From assembly GCA_963702435.1 (NCBI GenBank), contig CAVPCR010000001.1:1344001-1408000 (forward strand): a stretch of DNA of 64,000 nt. Direction: 5' to 3'. The stretch comes from Candidatus Eiseniibacteriota bacterium. GTDB lineage: Bacteria > Eisenbacteria > RBG-16-71-46 > CAVPCR01. The notes under the pieces are model-generated. The model worked only from the letters and a program-made list of their open reading frames with translations. It did not search any database and had not been told where the DNA came from. Numbering within the stretch: the stretch's first letter is position 1; each line of letters begins with the position of its first letter. The position numbers and the translations under genes were made by a program. Positions 29,785 through 37,675 of the stretch are shown here, piece after piece.

Positions 29785-30204
29785 ACCCGCCGCAGGAAGG
29801 GTCGAGCATGCTGGCGCGGTATCTTCTCTCAAAGAGCCACTTCAGCAGAGAGTCAAGACGCGTCAAGAGGACGGCTTTCATGCCGAGTCCGGAGGATTCC
29901 GAAGACGTCGGTCTTCCACATTACTGACCTGTCTGATGACGAGGTGTGGCACCTCGGATACCAATACCTGACTGTCCTGACGGAAGGACGTACGCTCTAC
30001 GGTCATGCTGAGGTCTTGGATAGCGCTGTAGCGGAGATTGGTCTGACTGTCGAAACTGACGACAGCCCTCCGCGCCATGCCAACATCACTGGGTGGCCAG
30101 GTGAGAAGGAAGAGCAGATACTGCTTGCGCTGCAACTCGCGGAGTCGGCTCTCCTGAAGCTGCGACCGATTACCGGCGAGGCGGCGCACCAACACGGAAA
30201 CTGA
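29781..30204 (+). CDS. ~140-aa hypothetical protein (RES/ART-like pattern), +1 frameshift near 29900
   Basis: ATG overlaps the upstream stop; MNPPQEGSSMLARYLLSKSHF...AFMPSPEDS continues in the +1 frame as KTSVFHIT...YGHAEV...PPRHANITGWP. Confidence 0.65.
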
Positions 30205-30262
30205 GACCGTGTCGGTCGTAGCTGATGGCCGCTGCGCGGGCATGGGGACTCAAGCCGGCTCG

Positions 30263-30355
30263 GCGCCGGCGGACCGCTCGATCCGATCGGGCCGGTGGCG
30301 CTCGTCCTCGCCGTGCTTGCCGTGCTCCTCGTCATCGAGGCGGTGCGGAGCCTCG
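30263..30355 (+). repeat. Right copy of the cstA 3'-end repeat (attR-like, displaced gene end)
   Basis: Encodes AGGPLDPIGPVALVLAVLAVLLVIEAVRSL versus cstA AGGPPDPVGPVALVLAALAVLLIIEAARSL; frame open to TGA 30412-30414. Confidence 0.9.
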
Positions 30356-30410
30356 GCGGGACGCGACTCACCGGGACGGTCCCGGGCATTCACACGACCG
30401 AGCCCCGGAC

Positions 30411-30446
30411 TTGACGAGTCTGCATCATTGATACAGACTTATGCAT
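30411..30446 (+). promoter_or_regulatory. vapBC promoter and operator
   Basis: TTGACG-17-CAGACT-7-ATG, overlapped by the inverted repeat TGCAT...ATGCA (30421-30445). Confidence 0.5.
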
Positions 30447-30641
30447 ATGAGAACGACACTCAACATCGACGATGATCTCTTGCGGAAGGCGGCGCGGCTC
30501 ACGGGCGTCGGGGAGAAGACGGCCCTGATCCGGTTCGGACTCGAGGCCCTCATTGCCCTGGCCTCCGCTCGGCGCCTGGCCCGGCTCGGAGGCTCCGAAC
30601 CGGCACTGAGACCGATTCGCCGGCGGCGGCCCGCTGCCTGA
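30447..30641 (+). CDS. vapB: Type II TA VapB family antitoxin
   Basis: MRTTLNIDDDLLRKAARLTGVGEKTALIRFGLEALI; TGATG coupling to the PIN gene. Confidence 0.9.
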   Translation: MRTTLNIDDDLLRKAARLTGVGEKTALIRFGLEALIALASARRLARLGGSEPALRPIRRRRPAA

Positions 30642-31015
30642 TGATCCTTGTCGATACGTCCATCTGGGTCGGCCACCTGAACCGAGGCAATGCACAGCTC
30701 GCCGCTCTTCTCGACCCCGGTGAGGTGATATGCCATCCCCATGTCATCGGAGAGCTGGCCTGCGGGCGGATCGGGAACCGGCGGGAGATCCTCGGCCTTC
30801 TACGGGCGCTGCCGCAAACGCCGGTGGCCGAGCACGGCGAGCTCCTCCACCTCATCGACACCTACCGGTTGTGGGGACAGGGCCTGGGGTGGATCGACCT
30901 CCACATGCTGGGAGCAGCCCTGCTTTCAGCGAGCGCGCTGTGGACCGCGGACCGCGCCCTTGCCGGCGCGGCGCACTCCCTCGGCATCGCTGCGGTCGCC
31001 CACCGGCCGCGCTGA
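30641..31015 (+). CDS. vapC: Type II TA VapC PIN-domain toxin
   Basis: ILVDTSIW, VIGELACG, GWIDLHML, LWTADRAL. Confidence 0.9.
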   Translation: MILVDTSIWVGHLNRGNAQLAALLDPGEVICHPHVIGELACGRIGNRREILGLLRALPQTPVAEHGELLHLIDTYRLWGQGLGWIDLHMLGAALLSASALWTADRALAGAAHSLGIAAVAHRPR

Positions 31016-31072
31016 CCCGCACCCCGGCAAACGGATCCTCCCGGGGCATCGCCTCCCGCTCGCCCGCCACCC

Positions 31073-32409
31073 TCACAGGAACGCGAACGCGCCGCCCACG
31101 ATGAGCGCGTAGATCAAGCAGAACGCCATCCCGTAGCCGGCGATGTCGCGGAAGGAGAGGCCGGCGACCGCGAGCAGCGGGATGGCCCAGAATGGCTCGA
31201 TGATGTCGGTCACCATCTCGCCCCAGGCGTAGGCGAGCACCGTGTCGCTCGCCGGCACGCCGAGCGCCGCCGCCGCCGAGAGCACGTACGGACCCTCGAT
31301 CGCCCACTTCGATCCGCCCGACGGCACGAAGTAGTTGAGGATCGCCGAGTACCAGAGGACGAGCGAGGGATAGGTCTCGCGCGTGGACGCCTGCGTGAAC
31401 CACCCGGCGATGACGTCGGCGAGCCCCGAGCCGCGCATCATGCCCATGATCCCGGCGTACAGCGGGAACTGGATGATGACGCCCCAGGCATGGCGCCCGG
31501 CCTCGGCGGCGGCGGCGAGGAAGGACGAGAGCCGCCCGTGGAGGAGCACGCCGAGCGTGAGGAAAGTGAAGTTGACGAGGTTGAGCGTGATCGCCGCCGC
31601 GCCCTTGGCGCGGAAAGTCGCGGCCAACCACAGGATTCCTGCGAGGGCCAGGAGCCAGGCGGGAAGCGGGCTCTGCTCGAGGCGGGCCGCCGGGGTGAGG
31701 GAACGCCTGGGCGCCGGGATCGACGCCGCGCGTTCGCCGGTGGGCGCCACTGCCGCCGCGGCGCGGCTCGCGTCCGCGCTGCGGACGGGTGCATCGCCAC
31801 CGCCACCACGGTCATGGCGAGGAGAACGCCGGCGAGCAGCGCGAGGTTGAACGGACGGAGGATCGTCTCGGTGATCGGCACGAGGCCGATCGACTCCGCC
31901 AGGAAGTGCCCCGGGGTGGCGACGAGGAGCGGCACCGAGCCCGAGAGTCCTGCGTGCCACACCGCACCCATCCCGAGATAGGCGCTCGCGACGAGGAGCG
32001 GGTAATCGAGATCGCCCCGGCGGCGGGCGAGATGCCGCGCGAAGACGGCGCTCCCGATGAGCGACACCCCCCAGTGGATGAGCGCGGTACCCATCGAGAA
32101 GAGCGCCATGAGCGCGATCGCCCCGCGCGGCGAGCGCGGGCGCGCGGCGAGCCAGTCGAGGAGTCGCGCGAACGGACGCGACGCCGCGAGGATCGAACCG
32201 GTCACGATGACGAGGCACATCTGCATCGCGAACTCGTTCAGGCCGAAGAAACCGTCGCCCCAGGCGGTGAGGAGCGCGAGCGGAGTCGCCGCGGTGACGG
32301 CGAGCGCGAGCAGGAAGGTGATGGCGCTCAGCGCAACGGCGATGACGAGCGGATCCGGGATCCAGCGGAGCGACCAGCCGGAGAGCGCGGCGGCGAGGCG
32401 GGCCAGCAT
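31073..32409 (-). pseudogene. AtoE/TIGR00366-like short-chain fatty acid transporter with a -1 frameshift near 31760; may be a sequencing error
   Basis: WIPDP, WGDGF...FAMQM, DYPLLVASAY, WHAGLSGS in one frame; LNLVNF, QFPLYAGIMG, FVPSGGSKW in the next. Confidence 0.75.
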
Positions 32410-32415
32410 CGGCGA

Positions 32416-33951
32416 TCAGCTCCCGGCCCCGCGGTCGCTGCCGCGCGCCGGCGGGCCACCGCGCGCCGGCTCGCGCCCGAGCCGGCTCCGGCGATAGCCA
32501 TAGGCGACGTAGATCGCGAGCCCGACCACGAGCCACGCGGCGAAGCGCACCCAGGTCTGCCCGGGGAGGCCGGCCATGAAGTAGAAGCTGAAGGCGATGC
32601 CGAGAGGCGCCGTGATCCAGACGAGCGGCGTGCGGAAGCCGCGCGGCCGCCCTGGATCCATGACGCGGAGCGCGAGCACGCCGGCGCACACCAGGATGAA
32701 GGCGAACTGGGTGCCGATGTTGGTGAGATCGATCATGTCGGTGATGTTCAGGAAGCTGGCGCCGGCGGCCACGAAAGCGCCGGTCAAGATCGTGGTCACG
32801 TAAGGTGTGCGGAAGCGGGGATGGATGGCGGCGAATGACCGCGGCAGGAGACCGTCCCGGGCCATTGCGAAGAAGATGCGCGGCTGACCGAGCTGAAAGA
32901 CGAGGAGCACGGCGGTGTGCGCCACCACCGAGCCGAAGGCGACGAAGGTCGCCCAGCGCCGCTCCCCGACCGCGTTGAGCGCCACTGTGAGCGGCTCGCC
33001 CTCGCGCCCGCGGAGCTCGGCGAGCGGGAACATGCCGGTGAACACCGCGGCGACGACAACGTAGACGAGCGTGCAGATGAGGAGCGAGCCGATGATCCCG
33101 ATCGGCATGTCGCGCTTCGGGTTCTTCGTCTCCTCAGCCGCCGTCGACACCGCGTCGAAGCCGATGTAGGCGAAGAAGACGATCGCGGCGCCGGCCTGGA
33201 TGCCGCGCCAGCCGTTGGGAGCGAACTCGGCCCAGGTGTCGAGGCGGGAGAACTCGAAGTAGCCGGCCCCGATCGCGACGAAGAAGCCGAGGACGACGAG
33301 CTTGATCCCGACCATCACCGCGTTGAAGGCAGCGCTCTCCCTGATGCCGACGACGAGCACGGCGGTGATGAGAGCGACGATCGCGAAGGCAGGGATGTTG
33401 ATGAGGATGGGGATGCCCGCGATGTGGGGCGCGGCGGCAACGAGCGTGGCGTTCGCCGGCTGGAGCGCGGTCTGCAGATCGACCGCCGCCCACCACGGAA
33501 TGTCGATCCCGATCCCGTGCATGAAGTCGCGGAAGTAGTTGGCCCAGGAGATGGCGACCGCGATGTTGCCGATCGCGTACTCGATGATGAGATCCCAGCC
33601 GATGATCCAGGCGAGGAGCTCGCCGAGCGTGGCGTAGGCGTAGGTGTAAGCGCTCCCGGCGACCGGGATCATCGAGGTGAGCTCGGCGTAGCAGAGGGCG
33701 CAGAAGGCGCAGCCGACGCCCACCAGGAGGAAGGAGAGGATGACGCCGGGGCCGGCGCCGGGGCGGGCCGCGTCCCCGAGCGCTGCGGTGCCGATCGAGG
33801 CGAAGATGCCGGCGCCGATGATGGCGCCGACCCCGAGGATGGTCACGTTCAGCGGACCGAGCGCGCGCCGGAGACCGTGGGCCCGGTCCTCGGCCTCGCC
33901 CACCAGCTGGTCGATGCTCTTCCGGCGCATCAGGGTGCGGAAAAGGCCCAT
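32416..33951 (-). CDS. APC family amino acid permease
   Basis: LGVGAIIGAGIF, YAELTSMIPVAGSAYTY, FFAYIGFDAVSTAAEETKNP; GAGGAGG SD. Confidence 0.93.
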   Translation of the reverse strand: MGLFRTLMRRKSIDQLVGEAEDRAHGLRRALGPLNVTILGVGAIIGAGIFASIGTAALGDAARPGAGPGVILSFLLVGVGCAFCALCYAELTSMIPVAGSAYTYAYATLGELLAWIIGWDLIIEYAIGNIAVAISWANYFRDFMHGIGIDIPWWAAVDLQTALQPANATLVAAAPHIAGIPILINIPAFAIVALITAVLVVGIRESAAFNAVMVGIKLVVLGFFVAIGAGYFEFSRLDTWAEFAPNGWRGIQAGAAIVFFAYIGFDAVSTAAEETKNPKRDMPIGIIGSLLICTLVYVVVAAVFTGMFPLAELRGREGEPLTVALNAVGERRWATFVAFGSVVAHTAVLLVFQLGQPRIFFAMARDGLLPRSFAAIHPRFRTPYVTTILTGAFVAAGASFLNITDMIDLTNIGTQFAFILVCAGVLALRVMDPGRPRGFRTPLVWITAPLGIAFSFYFMAGLPGQTWVRFAAWLVVGLAIYVAYGYRRSRLGREPARGGPPARGSDRGAGS

Positions 33952-34141
33952 GCCCTCCTCGAAATATGCGAACTCGAGATTGGCGAAACGGGGATTCGCA
34001 AGACCAAGGCTGGCGCATCGGAACCCGAACCGGCGCACCCTATCACGATACCGTGGCCGGCGAACCCGGCCCCGGCGCGGCGCTTGCCGCAGCAAGGGAA
34101 AGCTCAGCGCGGCCCGTCACGCCAAGCGCCGTGACGGAAAG

Positions 34142-34200
34142 CGCCGGGTTATGCGAAGCGAGCGCAGCGAGCGGAGCCGCCAGGCCGCGTGTTATGCGGC
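34142..34200. repeat. 59-bp repeat copy 1 (attC/REP-like), downstream of the DUF5615 gene
   Basis: 56/59 identical to 34980-35038; contains GTTATGC boxes and GCGAGCGCAGCGAGC. Confidence 0.85.
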
Positions 34201-34244
34201 CCGGCTCCGGTCGGCCACGAGGCAAATCGCGGGAAGCCCGGGGG

Positions 34245-34619
34245 TCAGCTGCTTCCAGACGGAGTGGGGAGAGGCCGCTGGCGGATGCGCTCTCTGTCAA
34301 CAACGGTGAAGCGTCCCTGGAGCGTGAGGTCGCGACGGTCGAGGAGGGCACGCACCAAGAGCGCAGGCTCAGTTGGTGTTGCCGGGACAAGTCGGAGGTA
34401 GACGACGCCGTCGGGAAGTGAACGCCGGCGGCGATAGATCAAGGCGCCGAAGTCGCGATCGAAGGTCAGAATGATGCGACGCTGGTCGGCGGCCATCTCA
34501 AGGAGGACGTCATCAGCCGCTCCGGCAGCGCCTTCAGCCGCGGCGAGGACGTCATGGCCGTCAGCCCGAAGGAGCTGCACGCTTTCAAGCGGGACGTTCT
34601 CGTCGGCCAAGATGCGCAC
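34245..34619 (-). CDS. DUF5615 PIN-like (VapC45-type) toxin
   Basis: MRILADENVP...GHDV...RIILTFDRDFG; 1-nt overlap with the DUF433 stop. Confidence 0.88.
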   Translation of the reverse strand: MRILADENVPLESVQLLRADGHDVLAAAEGAAGAADDVLLEMAADQRRIILTFDRDFGALIYRRRRSLPDGVVYLRLVPATPTEPALLVRALLDRRDLTLQGRFTVVDRERIRQRPLPTPSGSS

Positions 34620-34858
34620 TACGCGACGTCAGGGCGAAGGGGATAGAGAACGTCGTCGCGAAGCGACTCCGCGGCGAAGGCAAAAACGGCCCGGAGCGCG
34701 TCAGGGGTCAGGCTCGGGTAGTTCTTGATGACCTGCTCAGCGGTCCAGCCTGCGGCAAACAAGCCGAGAAGGAAATCCACGGAGAGCCGTGTGCCGCGGA
34801 CAACGGGTTTTCCCGCGAGGACCTGGGGGTCGGATGCAATGTGGTCACGCCAGTTCAT
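34619..34858 (-). CDS. DUF433 antitoxin-like protein
   Basis: DPQVLAGKPVVRGTRLSVDFLL...YPSLT. Confidence 0.9.
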   Translation of the reverse strand: MNWRDHIASDPQVLAGKPVVRGTRLSVDFLLGLFAAGWTAEQVIKNYPSLTPDALRAVFAFAAESLRDDVLYPLRPDVA

Positions 34859-34979
34859 AGGTTTTCCAAGGGTCGCGCTGGCAGCCGTGAGTGCCAGCGG
34901 CGCCGAGCACCGATCCTACACGAGAGGCAACGCATCTGCCAGCCCTCTCCCGGAAGGCTGCGCGAGCCGGGCTGCATGA

Positions 34980-35038
34980 CGCCGGGTTATGCGAAGCGAG
35001 CGCAGCGAGCGGAGCCGCCGGGCCGCATGATATGCGGC
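34980..35038. repeat. 59-bp repeat copy 2 (attC/REP-like), downstream of higA
   Basis: Three mismatches relative to 34142-34200. Confidence 0.85.
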
Positions 35039-35072
35039 AGACGAACGAGAGGGAGGGCAGCGGCGACGGGCC

Positions 35073-35378
35073 CTATCCTGCCTTTCGCAGGACCACGACC
35101 TCGCGCAGTAGCCGTCCCTTCAGGCGAGCGCGTTCGACTTCCAAGTCGTATCTCACCTGAAGATTGAGCCAGAATCGATCCGAGGTGCCGAAGTATCGTG
35201 ATAGCCGCAGAGCGGTGTTTGCCGTGACCGCCCGCTTACCGTGCACAATCTCGTTGATCCGACGCGGGGGCACACTGATCTCCCGCGCCAGTCGGTACTG
35301 GCTGATCCCCATGGGGTTGAGGAACTCCTCGAGGAGGATCTCCCCGGGGTGAACTGGAGGTCGATTCTTCTTAGGCAT
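35073..35378 (-). CDS. higA: HigA addiction-module antitoxin
   Basis: PVHPGEILLEEFL, RINEIVHGKRAVTANTALRL, FWLNLQ. Confidence 0.93.
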   Translation of the reverse strand: MPKKNRPPVHPGEILLEEFLNPMGISQYRLAREISVPPRRINEIVHGKRAVTANTALRLSRYFGTSDRFWLNLQVRYDLEVERARLKGRLLREVVVLRKAG

Positions 35379-35390
35379 CACACATGTATC

Positions 35391-35672
35391 TCAGTGATAG
35401 TCAACGATCTCCACGTCGTGGGCATCTCCCTCGGCCCAGGCGAAGCAAATGCGCCACTGGTCGTTGATCCGAATGCAGTACTGGCCCGCACGGTCGCCGG
35501 AGAGCCGCTCGAGTCGGTTGCCCGGGGGGACGCGCAGATCACGAAGGTCCTGTGCGGCGTCCAGCATGGCGAGCTTTCGCTGCGCGATGCGTTGGAGGTC
35601 GGCGGGGAGTCTACGCGAGTACCCTCCCCGGAAGACTCTCTCGGTCTCGCGGTCACGAAAGCTCCGAATCAC
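35391..35672 (-). CDS. higB: HigB (RelE/ParE-type) toxin
   Basis: (M)IRSFRDRETE...PPGNRLERLSGDRAGQYCIRINDQWRICF...EIVDYH. Confidence 0.93.
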   Translation of the reverse strand: MIRSFRDRETERVFRGGYSRRLPADLQRIAQRKLAMLDAAQDLRDLRVPPGNRLERLSGDRAGQYCIRINDQWRICFAWAEGDAHDVEIVDYH

Positions 35673-35679
35673 GAAGGCA

Positions 35680-35716
35680 AGGCTAGAGGGCTCCAGGCAT
35701 AACGTCAAGCGTTATG
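35680..35716 (-). promoter_or_regulatory. higBA sigma70 promoter with a palindromic operator
   Basis: Minus strand TTGACG-17-TAGCCT-7-GTG; palindrome CATAAC-N7-GTTATG (35698-35716) covers the -35. Confidence 0.7.
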
Positions 35717-35816
35717 AGGTGCCCTCCTGGGCTCGAGTCGAGGTGCTGGCTGGGGCACTCGTCTGCCGCATCACGTCCCACTTGACGCCCACAACGCCGG
35801 GCGGCAGGCTCGCCTC

Positions 35817-36614
35817 ATGACAGAGCGCGCACACCGGATCCTCGTCGAGCGCGCCGGCCACGCCGGCGCGGTCGCCCTCCTTCGCCTGAACCGCCCCGAG
35901 AAGTCGAACGCCGTCGACCTCGCCCTCATGGAGGAGCTCGATAGTCGTCTCGCCACGCTCGAGGCCGATCGCGGCTGCCGCGTGATCGTCCTGACCGGCG
36001 CCGGCAAGAGCTTCTCGGCCGGCGGCGATCTCGATTACTTCGCCTCGCTGCCGCCCGAGGAGGCGGCGATCCCGCCGGCCACGCGGATGGGTGCGGTCCT
36101 CGACCGCCTGGCGACCGGTGAGCGCGTCGTGATCGCGGCGGTGAACGGGCCGGCGGTGGGCGGCGGGCTCGAGACGGCGCTCGCCTGCCATCTGCGCGTG
36201 GCGAGCGAGTCGGCCGTCTTCAGCATGCGCCACCGCGATCTCGGCATGAGCCCAGGCTGGGGCGGCGGCGCGCGTCTCTTCGCAGCGGTCGGCGCTCCGG
36301 CCGCGCTCTGGCTCCTCCTCACCGCCGACACGATCGACGCCGCGACCGCGCTCCGCCTCGGCCTCGTGCAGCGCGTGGTGCCGGACCGCGCGCTCCTCGA
36401 GGAGACGCTCGCCCTGGCCACCGACATCGCGGCGCGCCCGCAGGGCTCGGTGGCCGGCTTCCTGCGTCTCGCCGCCGCCTACCGCGCGGGCGGTTTCGAC
36501 GCGGCGGCGCGCTACGAGGCCTCCCTCTTCGCCGAGCGCTGGCAGTCACCCGAGTTCCAGTCGCTCCTCGCCGAGCGGCGGGCGGCCCGGATGCACGCCC
36601 GCGACCGCTCGTGA
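35817..36614 (+). CDS. Enoyl-CoA hydratase/isomerase family protein
   Basis: LNRPEKSNA, FSAGGDL, IAAVNGPAVGGGLE, PGWGG. Confidence 0.9.
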   Translation: MTERAHRILVERAGHAGAVALLRLNRPEKSNAVDLALMEELDSRLATLEADRGCRVIVLTGAGKSFSAGGDLDYFASLPPEEAAIPPATRMGAVLDRLATGERVVIAAVNGPAVGGGLETALACHLRVASESAVFSMRHRDLGMSPGWGGGARLFAAVGAPAALWLLLTADTIDAATALRLGLVQRVVPDRALLEETLALATDIAARPQGSVAGFLRLAAAYRAGGFDAAARYEASLFAERWQSPEFQSLLAERRAARMHARDRS

Positions 36615-36627
36615 TAGAATTTCCGCC

Positions 36628-37503
36628 ATGCGCACCTCAACCTGCACCCTGGAATCGCTCCGTTCGGGACTCGTCCTTCTGCTGCTCTGCGGGCCGGCAG
36701 CGGCCCTCGCCTACTCCGACGGCCCTCCCGACGGCTACGCCAACAACCCGCCGTTCTACGAGAACTGCCAGGCTTGCCACAGCAACCTCGTCGGCGACGG
36801 CGCGCTCGCGCTCCTCGGCGCGCCGCTCGGCGGCTACACGCCGAACGCGACCTACACGCTCGCGGTCGAGCTCCGCGATCCCGGGCAGCGCCGCTGGGGT
36901 TTCGAGCTCACGGTGCTCGATGATGTCGCAAACGCGCAGGCCGGGACGCTCGTCGTGACGGATCCCGTCAACACCCAGCTCTCCGACAACATCGGGACCG
37001 ACGCCGACTTCATGAAGCAGACGCTCGACGGCACCTATGCGGGCATCCTGAACGGTCCCGTGACCTGGCAGTTCGACTGGACGGCGCCAGATTCCGGGAA
37101 CGTGACCTTCTATCTCGCCGGCAACGCCGCGAACGGCAACGCCAACCCGACCGGCGACGTCATCTACTGGATCCAGCACCCCGTCACGCCGGTCACGGCC
37201 ATCGAGCCGGTCGCCGCGCCGGCGGCCCTGGTCCGCCTCGGGCCCGGGTTCCCGAACCCCTTCGCCTTCGCGACGACCATTCCCTTCGAGCTTGCGGCCC
37301 CGGACCGGGTCCGCCTCACGCTCCACGATGTGAGCGGACGTCTGGTGCGAAGCCTTCTCGATGCGACGCTCCCCGCTGGCCGGAACGCGGTCATGTGGGA
37401 CGGGCGCGATGCGAACGGCCGCCCGGCTCCGCGCGGGGTCTACTTCCTCACGCTGGCGACGAGCACGACGGAGCTCAGGGAGCGCGTCGTCCTCGGCTTC
37501 TAG
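36628..37503 (+). CDS. Secreted Reeler-like (choice-of-anchor V-like) protein with CxxCH and a C-terminal FlgD-Ig-like domain
   Basis: YSDGPP...CQACH, GFELT, WQFDWTAP, FYLAGNAANGN; FPNPF...DVSGRLVR...WDGRD. Confidence 0.8.
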   Translation: MRTSTCTLESLRSGLVLLLLCGPAAALAYSDGPPDGYANNPPFYENCQACHSNLVGDGALALLGAPLGGYTPNATYTLAVELRDPGQRRWGFELTVLDDVANAQAGTLVVTDPVNTQLSDNIGTDADFMKQTLDGTYAGILNGPVTWQFDWTAPDSGNVTFYLAGNAANGNANPTGDVIYWIQHPVTPVTAIEPVAAPAALVRLGPGFPNPFAFATTIPFELAAPDRVRLTLHDVSGRLVRSLLDATLPAGRNAVMWDGRDANGRPAPRGVYFLTLATSTTELRERVVLGF

Positions 37504-37675
37504 AGCGTAGAGCGAGTGCCATAGCGAGGACCAATGCCGGGCCCGACATCGCACGCCAACCGCGTTGCGTTTGCCCGAGCCGCGGCTGTCGCATTCCATC
37601 TCGCCGTGATATAGTGCTGATGTTGCGCCGTTGCCAGGACGGGTTGCAGGCGTCTGGTCCAGGGGAGAGTGCACC

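Larger units (their letters stand above)
16703..30355. mobile_element. Defence genomic island inserted at the cstA 3' end; no integrase visible
   Basis: Flanking cstA-derived direct repeats, visibly lower GC in parts, and nuclease/MTase/helicase cargo. Confidence 0.75.

Noticed and set aside
34142..35038. CRISPR array
   Set aside because: Only two 59-bp copies about 840 bp apart with genes between them, and no cas genes.
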